From assembly GCA_004431415.1 (NCBI GenBank), contig QPMI01000080.1, positions 1-64,000 of the forward strand: DNA of 64,000 nucleotides, read 5' to 3'. The translations under genes and the position numbers were made by a program. Under the pieces are notes generated by a model that saw only the letters and a list, made by a program, of their open reading frames with translations, did no database searches and was not told where the DNA came from. Positions 48,560-60,400 of this stretch are shown here, one piece after another. Numbering within the stretch: position 1 is the stretch's first letter; every line of letters begins with the position of its first letter. This DNA is from Cyanophora paradoxa CCMP329. Taxonomy: Eukaryota > Plantae > Glaucophyta.

Positions 48560-49640
48560 TACCCCAGTGCGGCAGCGCCCCAGGCGGCCGTGCCTCGCCT
48601 GTGACCCAACGTACTCGGCCCCAAGTCGTGGATTCTTAATAGCTTGAGCAGCTAGTAAGCTTTGAATTAAGTCCTTAAGCCATGCATACGGTACCCCGGT
48701 ACGTATACCGGTGCAGATACAGCAGCTGCAGATCTAGAAGCGAAAGAACGCAGAAAATTCTAAGCCGAACTTCGGAAGCTTTTAAGATCTAGAGCTAAAC
48801 CAGCGACAACAAAAGAGGCGGATCGGATCGAGACAGAGACGGAGAAAACAGCTTCGAATTCTTCGAAAGAGGATCCGGAGGAGCTCGCGATCGAGAGGAG
48901 AAAACAGCAGGCGAACCGGCAAAGAAAGATTCGTGTACGCACTAGTGCTGCGGCATGTACGGCTTCTGTACGGCATGTGCACGCGTACGCGTACGTGGCT
49001 AGCGCTAGCAAAGGCGCTTGTCTTGTCTTGCCAAGTTGCTTTGAACTTCGGAAGACGAATTCGAAGCTGAAGAAGAGTATTCTTTTGCCGCAGTGCCCTG
49101 AACAAGTCTGGCCGGGCAATTTTCTGAGATACCATGATACTGCCAGGCTGCGATGGGGCGAAGCCCCCGTTTATACGTTGGTAACGCGCGCAAAGCATTT
49201 CATATCAGAAGACATCAAAATTGTTCAATGGGAGGGGTGCGGGGGGGCTTGCCCCGGCGCCCCCTGCTTGTCTAGATACAGGATCCCGGAGCTCCGGATC
49301 CCCGGAAGGTCGAGGTCTGGAGCTCGAGAGGGAAAAAAAGCTCGAGAGGAGAATTCGAGAACAGCAGCCGAAACCGGCATGCGCAAAGGAGGCTGAGGAC
49401 AGAATTAAGTGAGAAAGATATATCACGTGCACATGTATACGTACAGAAAGCAGACAAGTTAGAGGAAATATATATAACAAATAACAAAACAAAGCTCGAG
49501 CTCGATCGCGAGATCAAGCCTTGCAATTGAAGATCCTGCAGCTGCTACGATTAATATTGCGATCAAAGCGTACGGAGCACGACAAAGGTGCGCGCGCGCG
49601 CGCCTTCAGCTTGCGATTAAATATTGGAATTTGAATGCAA
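48560..49640 (+). repeat. Decayed interspersed repeat (probable TE remnant), copy 1
   Basis: Purine-rich; shares gtgagaaagatat, aagcagacaa, agaggaa, aaacaaagct, tcaagcctt and gaagatcctgcagct with 52760-53200. Confidence 0.65.
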
Positions 49641-49725
49641 AGCCGCTTTAGTTTCGCGCGCGCGCTCATGATCGATTGCCATTGCAGGTTGCGGGCACGT
49701 CGACGTCGTCGACCGCGGCGCGCGC

Positions 49726-52029
49726 ATGATGAGCTCGAAGTCATCGCAGAAACGAGCTCGGGATGCCGATCCGGCGGCGCCCGCGGCCGCGGCCGCGCCC
49801 GTGCACGTTGGCGGCTCCGACGTCGACACCTCCGAAGACGGCGAAAACTTCATTTGCGCTCTCCCCGACGTACTCCTGGAGCGCATTTTCGGCGAGCACC
49901 TCGGCGCAGCCGAATCGTGGCGAGCCGCAAGGCCGACCTGCCGGCGACTGCGCGCCATCGTGGAAAGCACATCAATATCATTCGAGTCGTTGGCGGCCTC
50001 GGGGAGCCGGGCGGAGGCGTTCGAGGCGCTGGCGGCGGTCATTCGGAGCGGCAAGCTGCGTCTGCGCCGCGGCGGGACAGCTTCGGTCGCTCTGGAGGTC
50101 AGCCAGCCTATAGCTAGCGACGTCGATGATCTAGATCTGGAGGTGCGCGGCAACTTCGTCGGGCTCGCCATGTACGACGCGCTGCGGGCGTGCACGGTGG
50201 CGACGGGCGGCCTGAAGGCAGCATCCGTGTTCTTCAGAAGCGGGTGCCTCTTACCCAGGTCAGACCGCACTGGCGTACTTCGTGCGTTTGCAAATCAGGA
50301 CGGCTTGCAATTTAAATTAATTTGCAAGTGCTTTTTCCACAGAGAAAGCGAGAGGAGAGATTTTCGCGGCTTCAACATGGCGACCGCGCACATTCTCGGC
50401 GTCCTCTTCGCCCTTCGGCCGCCGCCATCGGCGTCCAGCCCCGTCCGCAGCATCAGCATCAGTTGTGGTGGCAAGCGCTGCGCAATGTCGGACCCCTTCA
50501 GTCTCGCTCCGGGCACTCTGCTGCAGGCTCTCTCGCCCTTCTCCGGCCTGCAGTCACTGGTCCTGCCGGACTTTTTCGAAGTGGATGGGGAGCTCGCGGC
50601 CGAGATCGCGCGGGCCTGCCCCGCGCTCCGCAGCATTGTGCTCTTTTTCCACGATTTCGCTCTCACGAATCTCGGGGACCTCGACGGCCTCGAAGAGCTG
50701 CGAAAGTGGCGCCCCTCGCCATGGCTCTTCGGAGCTATAAACGGTTCGATGAACGGGTACCAATATTGCGGCGACGACATTTTCTTTCCGGCCTGCGAAG
50801 ACGGCCTCCTGCCGCTGTTCAGTGCTGCCGGCAACACTCTTCGCGTCCTGGGCGACCGGTGTGCATTATACAATCAATATTATAATTAGTTATATTCGGT
50901 CGGAAATAATCTTAAATATATTTATGATTTATGATTAGCGATCTCCCATGGCCACTCCGCTTCGAAATTCACCGCGCGTGCGCACATGTACAGCGCGGCT
51001 CGGACCGATTTCGCGGCGGATCCCTTCCAGTGGGGCGAGAACCGCCGCCTGGCGCGCGCACCGGCCATTCTCGACCGCGAGGTGCTGAAAGAGCTGCGGG
51101 GCCTCCCGCGCCTCCAACGCCTGGACTTCGCGGACGGCCTGCTGATCCATGTGCGTGTACGCTTATAATTATACATGTTGACGTCTAGCTATATATAGAT
51201 ATGCGCCGGCGCCTCCGGTATCGACATCGACGTGCACATTATTTTTGTGTTTTGATTAAATTGGAGCGTGCAGCGCGCGCGGAAGGCGGTGGCGGCGCTG
51301 GGAGATTGCCCCGCCCTGGAGGAGCTCTCCGCCTGTGTTGTGGTCGACGCCGACGCCCACGTCTCCGGCATGCACGGTCTTGCGGACGCCCTTGAGCGCT
51401 CTGCGAGCCTGCGCCACCTCGACCTCTACTTCGGTCCCCCACTTCTTATTTAATTCTTCACTCGTCTTATTTTTCTCTCCTGATCGGCGGCCGCAGAAAT
51501 CGACACGAAGGCGACGTACTCGCCCGCGGACCTAGGCCTGGAGCGGATCATTCAGGCCCTGGAGCGGCTCCTGCGCGCCGCGGCGCCCGTCCTCCGCTCC
51601 TCCCGCGTCGACCACAAGGACCCCGGGGACTACACGCTCCCCAACGGGACTTTCGCGGCCGCCCTGACGGCCGCCGGCCCGCTGGGCGCCGAGCTCGCCG
51701 AGGCGTACGCCTCGGACCCGAAGGAGCGCCCGCAGTGGCGCCGCTCCGGCAGCCGCGTCCTTGCCGGATCGATATCGGCGGGCGCAGGCGCGGCCACGGC
51801 CGCGGCTGCGGGCACAGGAACCGGTCCCAGCGCTAGCGCTAGCGCTGCCCCAGAGCTCGAGCCCATCGATATCGACATCGCGAGTGCCGATCGCGATGAG
51901 GTCGACGTCACTGATCAAGAGGAGGACGTCGACTCGGACTCAGCTGCAGCTGAGAGCTCAGGCGAGAGCGATCGCGAGGAGTACCAGAAGTGGATATCTC
52001 GACAATCGAGATCAGCGTATTATTACTAA
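49726..52029 (+). CDS. F-box-like plus degenerate LRR protein, few introns
   Basis: FICALPDVLLERIFGEHLGAAESWRAARPTCRRLRAIV; LQSLVLP, CPALRSIVL, LPRLQRLDF, CPALEELS, LRHLDL. Confidence 0.75.
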
Positions 52030-52759
52030 TGCGCATGCGAAGCCGCTATATAGTATATCCATGCGAATGAGCCTCGGAGGTGTCGACGTCCATGATCCAT
52101 CTGTGTCAGCGTGTACAGAGTGGCATGGCTTAGATTATAGAGCGCCTTCGAATTCCCGGAGGCTCTAGCTAACTAGGCATAGCTACAGCTGCAGCTCACT
52201 TCGGCGTCCACATCTGCTTTCCACCTTAGTCCTTGGATAGTCACTCCCTTCGTAGGATCTTTCTTGTACTGCAGCTCTAGAACTATCCCCTGGGGTAGCT
52301 TCTCCAGCCACTTCCACATCCCAGCTCCGCCCGGCCCGGTCCGATGTCCGAAAGGCTGAGCTCTAGTCCCGTAGGCTCATCTCTCGACTTGACACAGATG
52401 GACACCTCAGTTGTATATATATCTCTAGCCATTAATTTGTCTCGGTGTGTGCGAATTCATTTCTTGTAAATCCATCTGTGTCATGATCTTGATATGGACG
52501 ACGTGCCAAGCTTAAGAGCTCAGCCCAAGAGCTCAGCCCATCGATATATATCGACGACGTGAGCTCAGACTCTGATCATGAGACGAGAGCGCTAGCGAGG
52601 CGGACATCGATGAGCCCGAGTGGGATCCTGTGGCTTCTGAGGATTGAACTTCGTAAAATTGCACGATATATATATCGTTTTCGGTAAATTACGTATACGC
52701 ACTACGGTACAGATCTAGACATGTGCACGTGGCCATAATAAATGCATGGGCAGGGGCAC

Positions 52760-53200
52760 ATGCGGCACTGCGGCAGATGTAGAAGCAAAAACTAGGACAA
52801 GAACGCAGCTGCAGAAAATACTAAGACGTCGACCGTCGGAAGAATTCGAAGAGATAGACAGAGAACAAGCAGAGACACGTGCTCGAGATCTCGAGATCTA
52901 GCTATATAGAGGCCGAGCTCGAGCTCGAGAGAGAAAACAGCAGGTGAAGCCGGCGAATTAAAGGAGAACAGAAGTGAGAAAGATATCGATAATTCAATGC
53001 ATATGATTCACAGGAAGCAGACAATGCAAGTTATAATTAGAGGAATCATTGAATACCAAAAACAAAGCTTGAGGTCAAGCTACAATTAAGCCTGCGTGCG
53101 CGTGGTCGATCGACGTCAAGCCTTGATCGAAGATCCTGCAGCTAGCTGCTGCGTGCAGTAAGGTGCGCGCGCGCAAACATACCTTGCAATTGCAAATATT
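52760..53200 (+). repeat. Decayed interspersed repeat, copy 2
   Basis: Colinear motif blocks with 49320-49600 and 48720-48930. Confidence 0.65.
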
Positions 53201-53299
53201 AATAAAATATCACAGCGAATATCAAATATCACACACCTTGCAAATAAAATATCACAGCGAAACCGCTTTCATTTCGAATTCGCCCAAGCTCATTTGCGA

Positions 53300-54564
53300 A
53301 GTTGCGAGCAGGGCGTCGACCGCGGCGCACGCGCACGATGAGGGCACGTGCACGGGTGAACATGCGGGGGGTACGCACTGCGACGGCCAAGGGCGGGCGC
53401 AACATATGAGGCCGGCCCGAGTGGGTGATCTGCTGCGAGTCCAGCTCCCGGAGTACCCCCTCAAAGGCCAGCGAGAAGGAGGCGGCGGGGAGGGGGTCCC
53501 CCGGCTGCAGGCAAGGGTGGTGGGCACGTGCACAGGTCCGAACGCGTGTGCGGAATCGTTCGTGCGATAGGGCTGCCGAGAGGCTGCGGCGGGGGGTACG
53601 TCGGCTGCAGACGGAGGGGAAACGGCAGGGGGGGGGGGGGGGAAATGGGGGCACACACGTCCCGAGCTTGAGGCGGAACCCGTCGGCGTTCAGCTCTCTG
53701 CCCCAGAAGGCCTAGGGGCGCGGGGCCGTCGACGGCAACGACGCCGAGAGCTGGAGAAAGGCGTCAGGGGTACGGAGTTTCGGGGGGTACGGGGGCTGAC
53801 CCGGATTGGCTCGAGCTCCTGGACGGAGCCGCTGGGGAGGTTGAGGCAGGGGCGGAGGGTACCACCTCGAAGCGGACAGAGGAGGCTGGGGAGGCGGAGC
53901 CGGGCGCCGGCGGCGGGGGCCGGGGCGCCAGGGCCGCGGGTGGCTGCTGGGGGCCCGAGGCGGGACGGGCGCCGCCGCCGCCTCCGGAGGGGCCGGGGGG
54001 CTTCGGCGGCCTGCTTCGGGGCCCGGGGGGATGGACGGCGGGCCGAGCTGCCGCGGGGACTGCCGGTGTGGCGCTCGAGGGGCCACGCGCCCTCCTCCCG
54101 CCCGTGCAGCAACACTTGCTTGCAATTGGCCGAGGACCTCGTCCACCTTCCGCGCCGGCCCGCGGCCGGCGGTCAGGGCGCGCTCGCGGCGCACCGCGGG
54201 CCGCGTCGGCGCGTGCCTGCGACCAGCTGAACGCCATCGTCGAGAGCCGGTGCAGCCGCGCAACATCCGGCGCCGGCGCGCCGCCCTCGACGGCGGGCGC
54301 GGAGCGGTTCTGGGCCGGCGCCCCGCCGAAACGTGCACGTGGGCCCGAGGCGCGGCAAAAGATGGCGGGGCGGGCCGCACCTCGGGCGTGGCTGTCTCGA
54401 GCTCGAGGAGGCGAGGCTAGGTACTCTAGCGCCGCTCGCCGTACGCGTTTCCGCCCGTCTGCGCACGCTCGGGTCGCCCTGGGGCGCGCGCGCCGTGTCG
54501 TGTGAGTAGCCGTCGAGCAGCAGCACGAGGCCGAAGCGGCGGCGGAAGGCACGCGCTCCGGCAT
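53300..54564 (-). CDS. Hypothetical multi-exon protein
   Basis: ATG at 54564 (MPERVPSAAAS...); exon-like blocks (ARKVDEVLGQLQASV, AFWGRELNADGFRLKLG, SFSLAFEGVLRELDS) lie between intron-like tracts; no recognisable domain. Confidence 0.4.
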
Positions 54565-54751
54565 GCCTAGCGGTGCAGCGGGAGAATGTCGCGTGCCGGC
54601 ACGCCTTTGGCTTGCCGTCCTCGCGCTGCAGGAAGCAGGAGAACAGGAATGTCGCGTGCTGGCACGCCCGGCGGCCTCGCGGTGCAGGAAGCGGTCAGGC
54701 ACATAGCGGACATAGCGGTCGGGGCGGGGCTCTGCACTGGAATAATGCAAA

Positions 54752-54823
54752 GCGCACATAGTCCAACGGTTAGGATATTGCCCTTCCAAGGCAGTGACCC
54801 GGGTTCGACTCCCGGTGTGCGCA
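54752..54823 (+). tRNA. tRNA-Gly (anticodon TCC)
   Basis: GCGCACA/TGTGCGC acceptor stem, GTCC/GGAT D-arm, TTGCC-CT-TCC-AA-GGCAG anticodon arm, CCGGG-TTCGACT-CCCGG T-arm; no encoded CCA. Confidence 0.97.
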
Positions 54824-54831
54824 TACCCCCC

Positions 54832-54858
54832 TTTTTTCGACCGGGGGTCCCTTTTTTC
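54832..54858 (+). terminator. Pol III oligo-T terminators
   Basis: Two T6 tracts just downstream of the tRNA. Confidence 0.8.
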
Positions 54859-54891
54859 GACTGGGTTGGCCGCGGTCACCGGTTTTGCAAC

Positions 54892-55693
54892 CGAGCCCCG
54901 CGCGGGCCGCGCCGGCCGCAGTGCGCCGTGCATGCACGCGTGGAACTTCGGAACTTCCCGGCGCCGCCGGGCTGAGGGTTTTTCTTCCTGTCGTTCGTCT
55001 TCGCCTGACGCCGGGAACAGCGGCGGGCGCCCTCGCGCTTCGAATTCTAGATCTCCGCATCGCGGTGTGCAACGTGATCATGAGGCCCTCTGATGGCCTC
55101 TCCGACGGTGCGCGGCGCGCGCGCCCGGGATGCGCCCCCTTCTCTTAAATTTCTCGAGCCCCGCGCGCGCGGGCCGCGCGGGCCGCGCGCAGGGCGCCGT
55201 GCATGCACGCGTGAAATTTCGGAACTTCCCGGCGCCGCCGGGCTGAGGGTTTTTCTTCCTGTCGTTCGTCTTCGCCTGACGCCGGGAACAGCGGCGGGCG
55301 CCCTCGCGCTTCGAATATTAATTCTCCGCATCGCGGTGTGCAACGTGATCATGAGGCCCTCTGATGGCCTCTCCGACGGTGCGCGGCGCGCGCGCCCGGG
55401 ATGCGCCCCCTTCTCTTAAATTTCTCGAGCCCCGCGCGCGCGGGCCGCGCGGGCCGCAGGGCGCCGTGCATGCACGCGTGAAATTTCGGAACTTCCCGGC
55501 GCCGCCGGGCTGAGGGTTTTTCTTCCTGTCGTTCGTCTTCGCCTGACGCCGGGAACAGCAGCGGGCGCCCCCGCGCTTCGAATTCGAATTCTCCGCATCG
55601 CGGTGTACAACCTGAGGCCCTCTAGATCTGCTGGCCTCTCCGATGGTGCGCGGCGCGCGCGCCCGGGATGCGCCCCCTTCTCTTAAGTTTCTC
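54892..55693 (+). repeat. Tandem array of three ~263-271 bp units
   Basis: Units start at 54892, 55155 and 55426 (cgagccccgcgcg...gatgcgcccccttctcttaa). Confidence 0.95.
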
Positions 55694-56479
55694 CATCCTG
55701 AGCCCGAACTGCGTTCGCCCGCGCTCAGACCTGACGGCGTTGCGCGCCGGCTCGCTCGCGCACCCGCTCGCCTCCTCCGTCTCTTACTTACGCTTCGGTC
55801 TATGAACCGCTAGCGCTGGCGGCCTGCAGCTGGTGCACGCGCGTGAGCTCAAGCTCGAGCCCCGCGCGGCCGGCGCCCGGCGGGGCGCAGCATGTGCACG
55901 CGCGGAACTATAGGTGCTGAGGATCTGGAATTGGTTTTAATTTGCGGCTACCATGCATATGGCCTCGGCTCCCTCCTCGCCTCTAGATCTTCCGTAGACC
56001 CTAGGCCTGGACTCTCCGCCTGCCACTGTCTACGGGGTACCTCCGCCGCCGCGTTCGGCGCCGGCTGTCAGTACTTTGCTCGGTAGCTCCCCCGTTGTGG
56101 CTCCTCGGGGGGCCTCTTCGTCGTCGTCGTTCGCTGGGTTCCGGCTCCGGGTCAGATATCGATTTCTCGCCGGGCTTACCTTCTCCTGGCTCTGCTCCTG
56201 GGCCCTCAACTCCGGGACCGGCTTCCCCGATCTCCTCCCGGACTCGTGGTCGTACCCGTCGCCGGCTTGCCGAGCCTGCGTCTCCTTCTACTTCCCTCCG
56301 GCGGTTTGCCGGGCCGGACCCTCCGGCCTTTGTTCTTGATCCCGGACGTCGACTGCCGCCTTTGCCTTCGTCTTCTGCTTCGCTGGTCGTATCCCGCCGG
56401 CGCCGGCGTACTTCGTCTTATAGTTTAGTTCGAATTCGGTCTGGTTCGGATTCTGATCGTAGTGTTGATGCTAGAGTTA

Positions 56480-57015
56480 GTTTCAATACTAGCTATAGTC
56501 CTCGTGCTCGACCTGTTGTTCGCCGTCGTTTGCAGTTCGACTGCCCGCCTCGACCCCGGCCGGCTTTAGTGATTCCTTTGAGTGTCCTTTTGCCTGCTCT
56601 TGATCCGCCTGCTCCGCCTCCTGTGTCCTCGTCGACCTCGTGCCGTAGCTCTGCCCTTTCGCATCGTCCTGCTTCGCCTCCGCCTCCACGTCGTCTTGTT
56701 GTTCCTCTTACTTATCTGCTTCCTGTTCTTTATCTTTCTCAATTTTGTCCTCCGCTTCTTAGTGATGTAATTCCTTCCGATATTGATGGTATCTCTATAG
56801 TTAGCTCTGGCTCTTCTTCGTGTCAGTCATCCTCTGTCCCTAGATCTGCTCGATTTATCTACTCTTCTCGATCTGTCTTGAGCTCTGTGTCTTTTCTTTT
56901 TTATTGTCAATTTAGGCTCTTTGTCTTATCTTTCTTCGTGCTCTTGTCGACGTCTTAGTTATTTTGCTTTTTTGTCTTTATGCCCCCTGGGCTGCCCCCG
57001 CAGTGCTGGTGTCTA
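56480..57015 (-). repeat. Decayed interspersed repeat, copy 3 (inverted)
   Basis: The reverse complement shares ctaagacgtcgac, tgagaaagata, aggaagcaga and agaggaa with copy 2. Confidence 0.5.
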
Positions 57016-57434
57016 GAGACTGTGGCCCGTAATTCACCAAAAACAAATAGAGCTGTGCATGCACATGGTGCATATATGCATATGCATGCTCAATTATAAG
57101 CTTATATATGGCTCGACGCGGTAGCGTCATGATCATGGCGTCGACGTCGACGTACGCGTCGGTCAACGTCGTAACCTGGAGCTCAGTAAATCTACTTCAC
57201 TATTCGAATCTAAAAAGCGATCAGGCACTCCTGAATTACGAGATAATGCTCAGCGGAAGACGAAATGCTGGGGATGTCAGCCCAGCGGCTAGCGCTGGCA
57301 ACGTGACACTGACACATTGCACGGAATCTAAAATTACGAGATGATGCTCAGCCGAAGACGAAATACTGCGAAGGTCAGCTCAACGGCTAGCAACCGAAAA
57401 CTGCGGCGCGTGACACGACCGGACTTCGGCGGGA

Positions 57435-60400
57435 CTACAAATTGCATAGGCCGGCCGGGGACGACCCCTGCAGCGCCGCCTGCGTGGGGGTAGAGCGGGA
57501 AGGCAGCCAGCGGCTGAGGAGCCAGACGAGCTCGAGGCGGCGCGTGGGCTTGGCGCCGTACTCCTGCGGCCCGTACCCCTGCTCACACCCGGGGGGGGGG
57601 GGGGGGGGGGGGGGCGCGGCGCACCGTGATGCCGGATTCGACGCAATGCGCCCGTTCCCTGCAAATGCAAGGCCGTTCAGCTCTCTAACGAACGGATTTC
57701 GGGGGGCCGGATGCGCACTCTGGGAGGGGCAGGGCGGCGAGGGCGAGGAGCGAGGCGGCGCCCCGGCCCGAGGCGGCCTCGGCGGCGCGGATCTGCCGCG
57801 CGGCCGCGCACGCGCCCTCCAGGTCGTCCCCGTCCAGGAAGACGCTGCCGTTCGGAAAATGAGAGCGAAGCCCGAGTCGAATCGAATTCAGGGGGTACGC
57901 GCACATGTCGAAGGGGTCGCCCGCGGCGGGGGCGGCGGCGGGGGCGAGGCGGTTCCCCGCGACGGCCTCGACGCGGGCGCCGAGGGAGAGGAGCGTGGCG
58001 CGCTTGAACTCGCGCGAGGCGTCGTCCGTCTCGGCGAGGAGGACGCGCGGGGCGCGGGCCGGGGGCGCCGCCGGCGCCGCCGGCGCCGGCAGATCTCGAT
58101 CGCGGAGGGCCAGCGAGGAGACGGAGCCGAGGAGGATGGCGTCGAGGGAGCGCCGGGCGACGTTCTCGGCTCCCGGCGGCAGCCCCGACAGCTCCCCGTG
58201 CGACCGCGGCCGCAGGCGCTCCCGGCTCAGCACGCGCCGCACCGTCGCCGTCGCCACCGCCACCGCCGCCGAGGCCGCCGCCGCCGACGCCGCCGCTGTT
58301 TCCGACGGTGAAGCCGCCGGCAACGGCGGCGGGGTGGCGGCGTTGTCGCGCGTGGCGGCCAGGGCGGCGGCGGCGGCGGCAGCGAGCGGGGCCTGGGCGG
58401 CGGGGGGCGGGCCCTCGCGCGGGCCGGAGCTCCGCCCGCGCCAGCGCTCGAGCGCCGCTTGGAGCTCTGCTTTCCTCGCCGGCTTTGTGAGGTACGCGTC
58501 CTGCGCGCGTGAGCGGCGCGTGAGCGGCGCGGCGGCGGCGGCGGCGCGGCGCGCGGCGAGGGACGGCGGACCATGCCGCTGGCCAGGCACTGCTCCGCGT
58601 ACTCCTTCGAGGCGTTAGCCGTGAGCGCCTGCAGCAGCGAACGAAGTCAGTCGGGGGCGGCAAACGAAGCCGAGGGGCGCGCGCGCGCGTGCGCGCGCCA
58701 CGATGGGGAGGCCCGGGCGGCGCAGCTCCCACTCCCAGGCCCGGACGAGGGCGGCCGCCTCAAGCCCCCCGCACCGCGGCATCTCTGCGCGGCCGCTCAG
58801 AGCAGAGTCGAGCGGAGCGGAGGCGGCGCAGCGACTGGGGGAGCCGTGGGCGCGCGCGCGCGCACCGCAGTCCATGAAGACGAGCGCGTAGGGCCGGTGG
58901 GCGGGGCCCGGGGCCGAGGCCCGCGCCGCCCCCTCCCAGTCCCGAGCCACCTTCTCGAGGGCCTCAACCCCTATACCCCCCCGCCCGCCCGGCGCTGAGG
59001 GGCGACGGCGAGGCGGGGGCGGGGACGGAGGCGGGGGCGGGGGTGGAAGGGGGTACCGTCACTCGCAACGTCCACCTCGCAGCCGGCTGCCGGAGCGGGA
59101 GAGGAGGGGGCAAGGGTCGGCGCCCGCAGCGCGCCGGGCCGAGCCGGAACGCGGGGCGGGCGGGGCGGACCCTGCTGCAGGAACTTGGTCGCTATGATCG
59201 CGTTGACTGCGGGAGCGCGCGGGGCGGGCGGGGCGGGGGCAGGGCGGGGCGGTGTGGGCCTCAGCGCGGTTGGGCGCCAGGCCGCGCTCGCTTCGCTCTT
59301 GGCACTCACCCGCGTTGTCCTCTGCGCGGCTCGGGTGAGCGCTCAGGTGAGGCGGGGGGCGAGGTTGGGTGGGTACCGGCGAGGAGGACCCGGAGCTTCG
59401 CGGCCGGCGCAGGATCGTGCCCTGGAGCGCCGGGCACCGCTGCCGCGGGAGGGGCGGCGTCACGGAAGGACGGGCGAGGGGGCGGAGGGCGTGCGTACCC
59501 GGGGCGGCTGAGGCGGCGGCGTTGGCGTCGGCGGCGGCCGGGGCCGGGAGGGGCGTCGCGCCGGGGGCCGGGGCGCCTCGAGGGCGGCCGCAAGTGCGAA
59601 GAGGACGCGGCGCTGCTGCAGCGGCTGCGCGGCGCGGCGCGTCGGCGGAAGCGGCCTTCAAGGGGCGTGGGGCGAGGCGGGGGCGGGCCTGCGAGAGGAC
59701 GGAGCCGAAGCAGCGGGAGACGGCGGCGCGGGAGGCGGGCGACGAGAGGAGCGCAGCCGGGCCGACCACGAGCACCGCCGGCGGGAGCGGCCTGCCGCCG
59801 CCGCCGCCCGCAGCGCCTCCGCAACGCTTTCGGCGTCGTCTGGCCCCCGGCAGCTCGGGCGGGGCGGGGCGGAGCGGCGGGGACGGGCCGCGCGGACCGG
59901 TTTCGGCGCAGCCGTCGACGAGGAGGGCGTCGAGGCCGGGGGGCAGGGCGGCGAGGAAGGCGGGGCCGGGCCCGGGTACGCGGTGTGGCCCAGCGACTGG
60001 AGGATGCGCGAGGCGGCGGCGACGACGGGGCGGGAGCCCAGGACGCCGACGCGGGCGGCCCGGCCCCGCAGCGCCTCGCGGAGCGGGTCCTGCCCGCCCA
60101 CGGCGGGAGCCCCCGGGACGGCCCCGAGGGCCACGCGGAAGCGGAAGGCCGTCCCGACGCCGAGCTCGCTGCGCCCCGCGGTCAATCAACGAAGAAGTCT
60201 CATGGTGGATCAATATAAAATCACATGGTGGCTCTTTTATAGGAACCGATCATTGCACACAAACCACGTTCTATGGGGCGCGGGGCGCGGGGCGCGGGGC
60301 GCGGGGCGCGGGGCGCGGGGCGTGGGGCGCGGAGCACCTCTCGACGGCGATCTCGCCGGCGCCGAGGGCGGGGGCGAGCTCGGGCGGGCCCCGCATGGCC

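Noticed and set aside
54892-55693. CRISPR array or tRNA-snoRNA dicistron
   Set aside because: Units are ~270 bp without unique spacers, there are no cas genes or clear C/D or H/ACA boxes, and T6 terminators separate the array from the tRNA.
57234-57391. Two ~60 bp direct repeats as a mini-CRISPR or ribozyme
   Set aside because: Only two diverged copies and no hammerhead core; best read as a local duplication.
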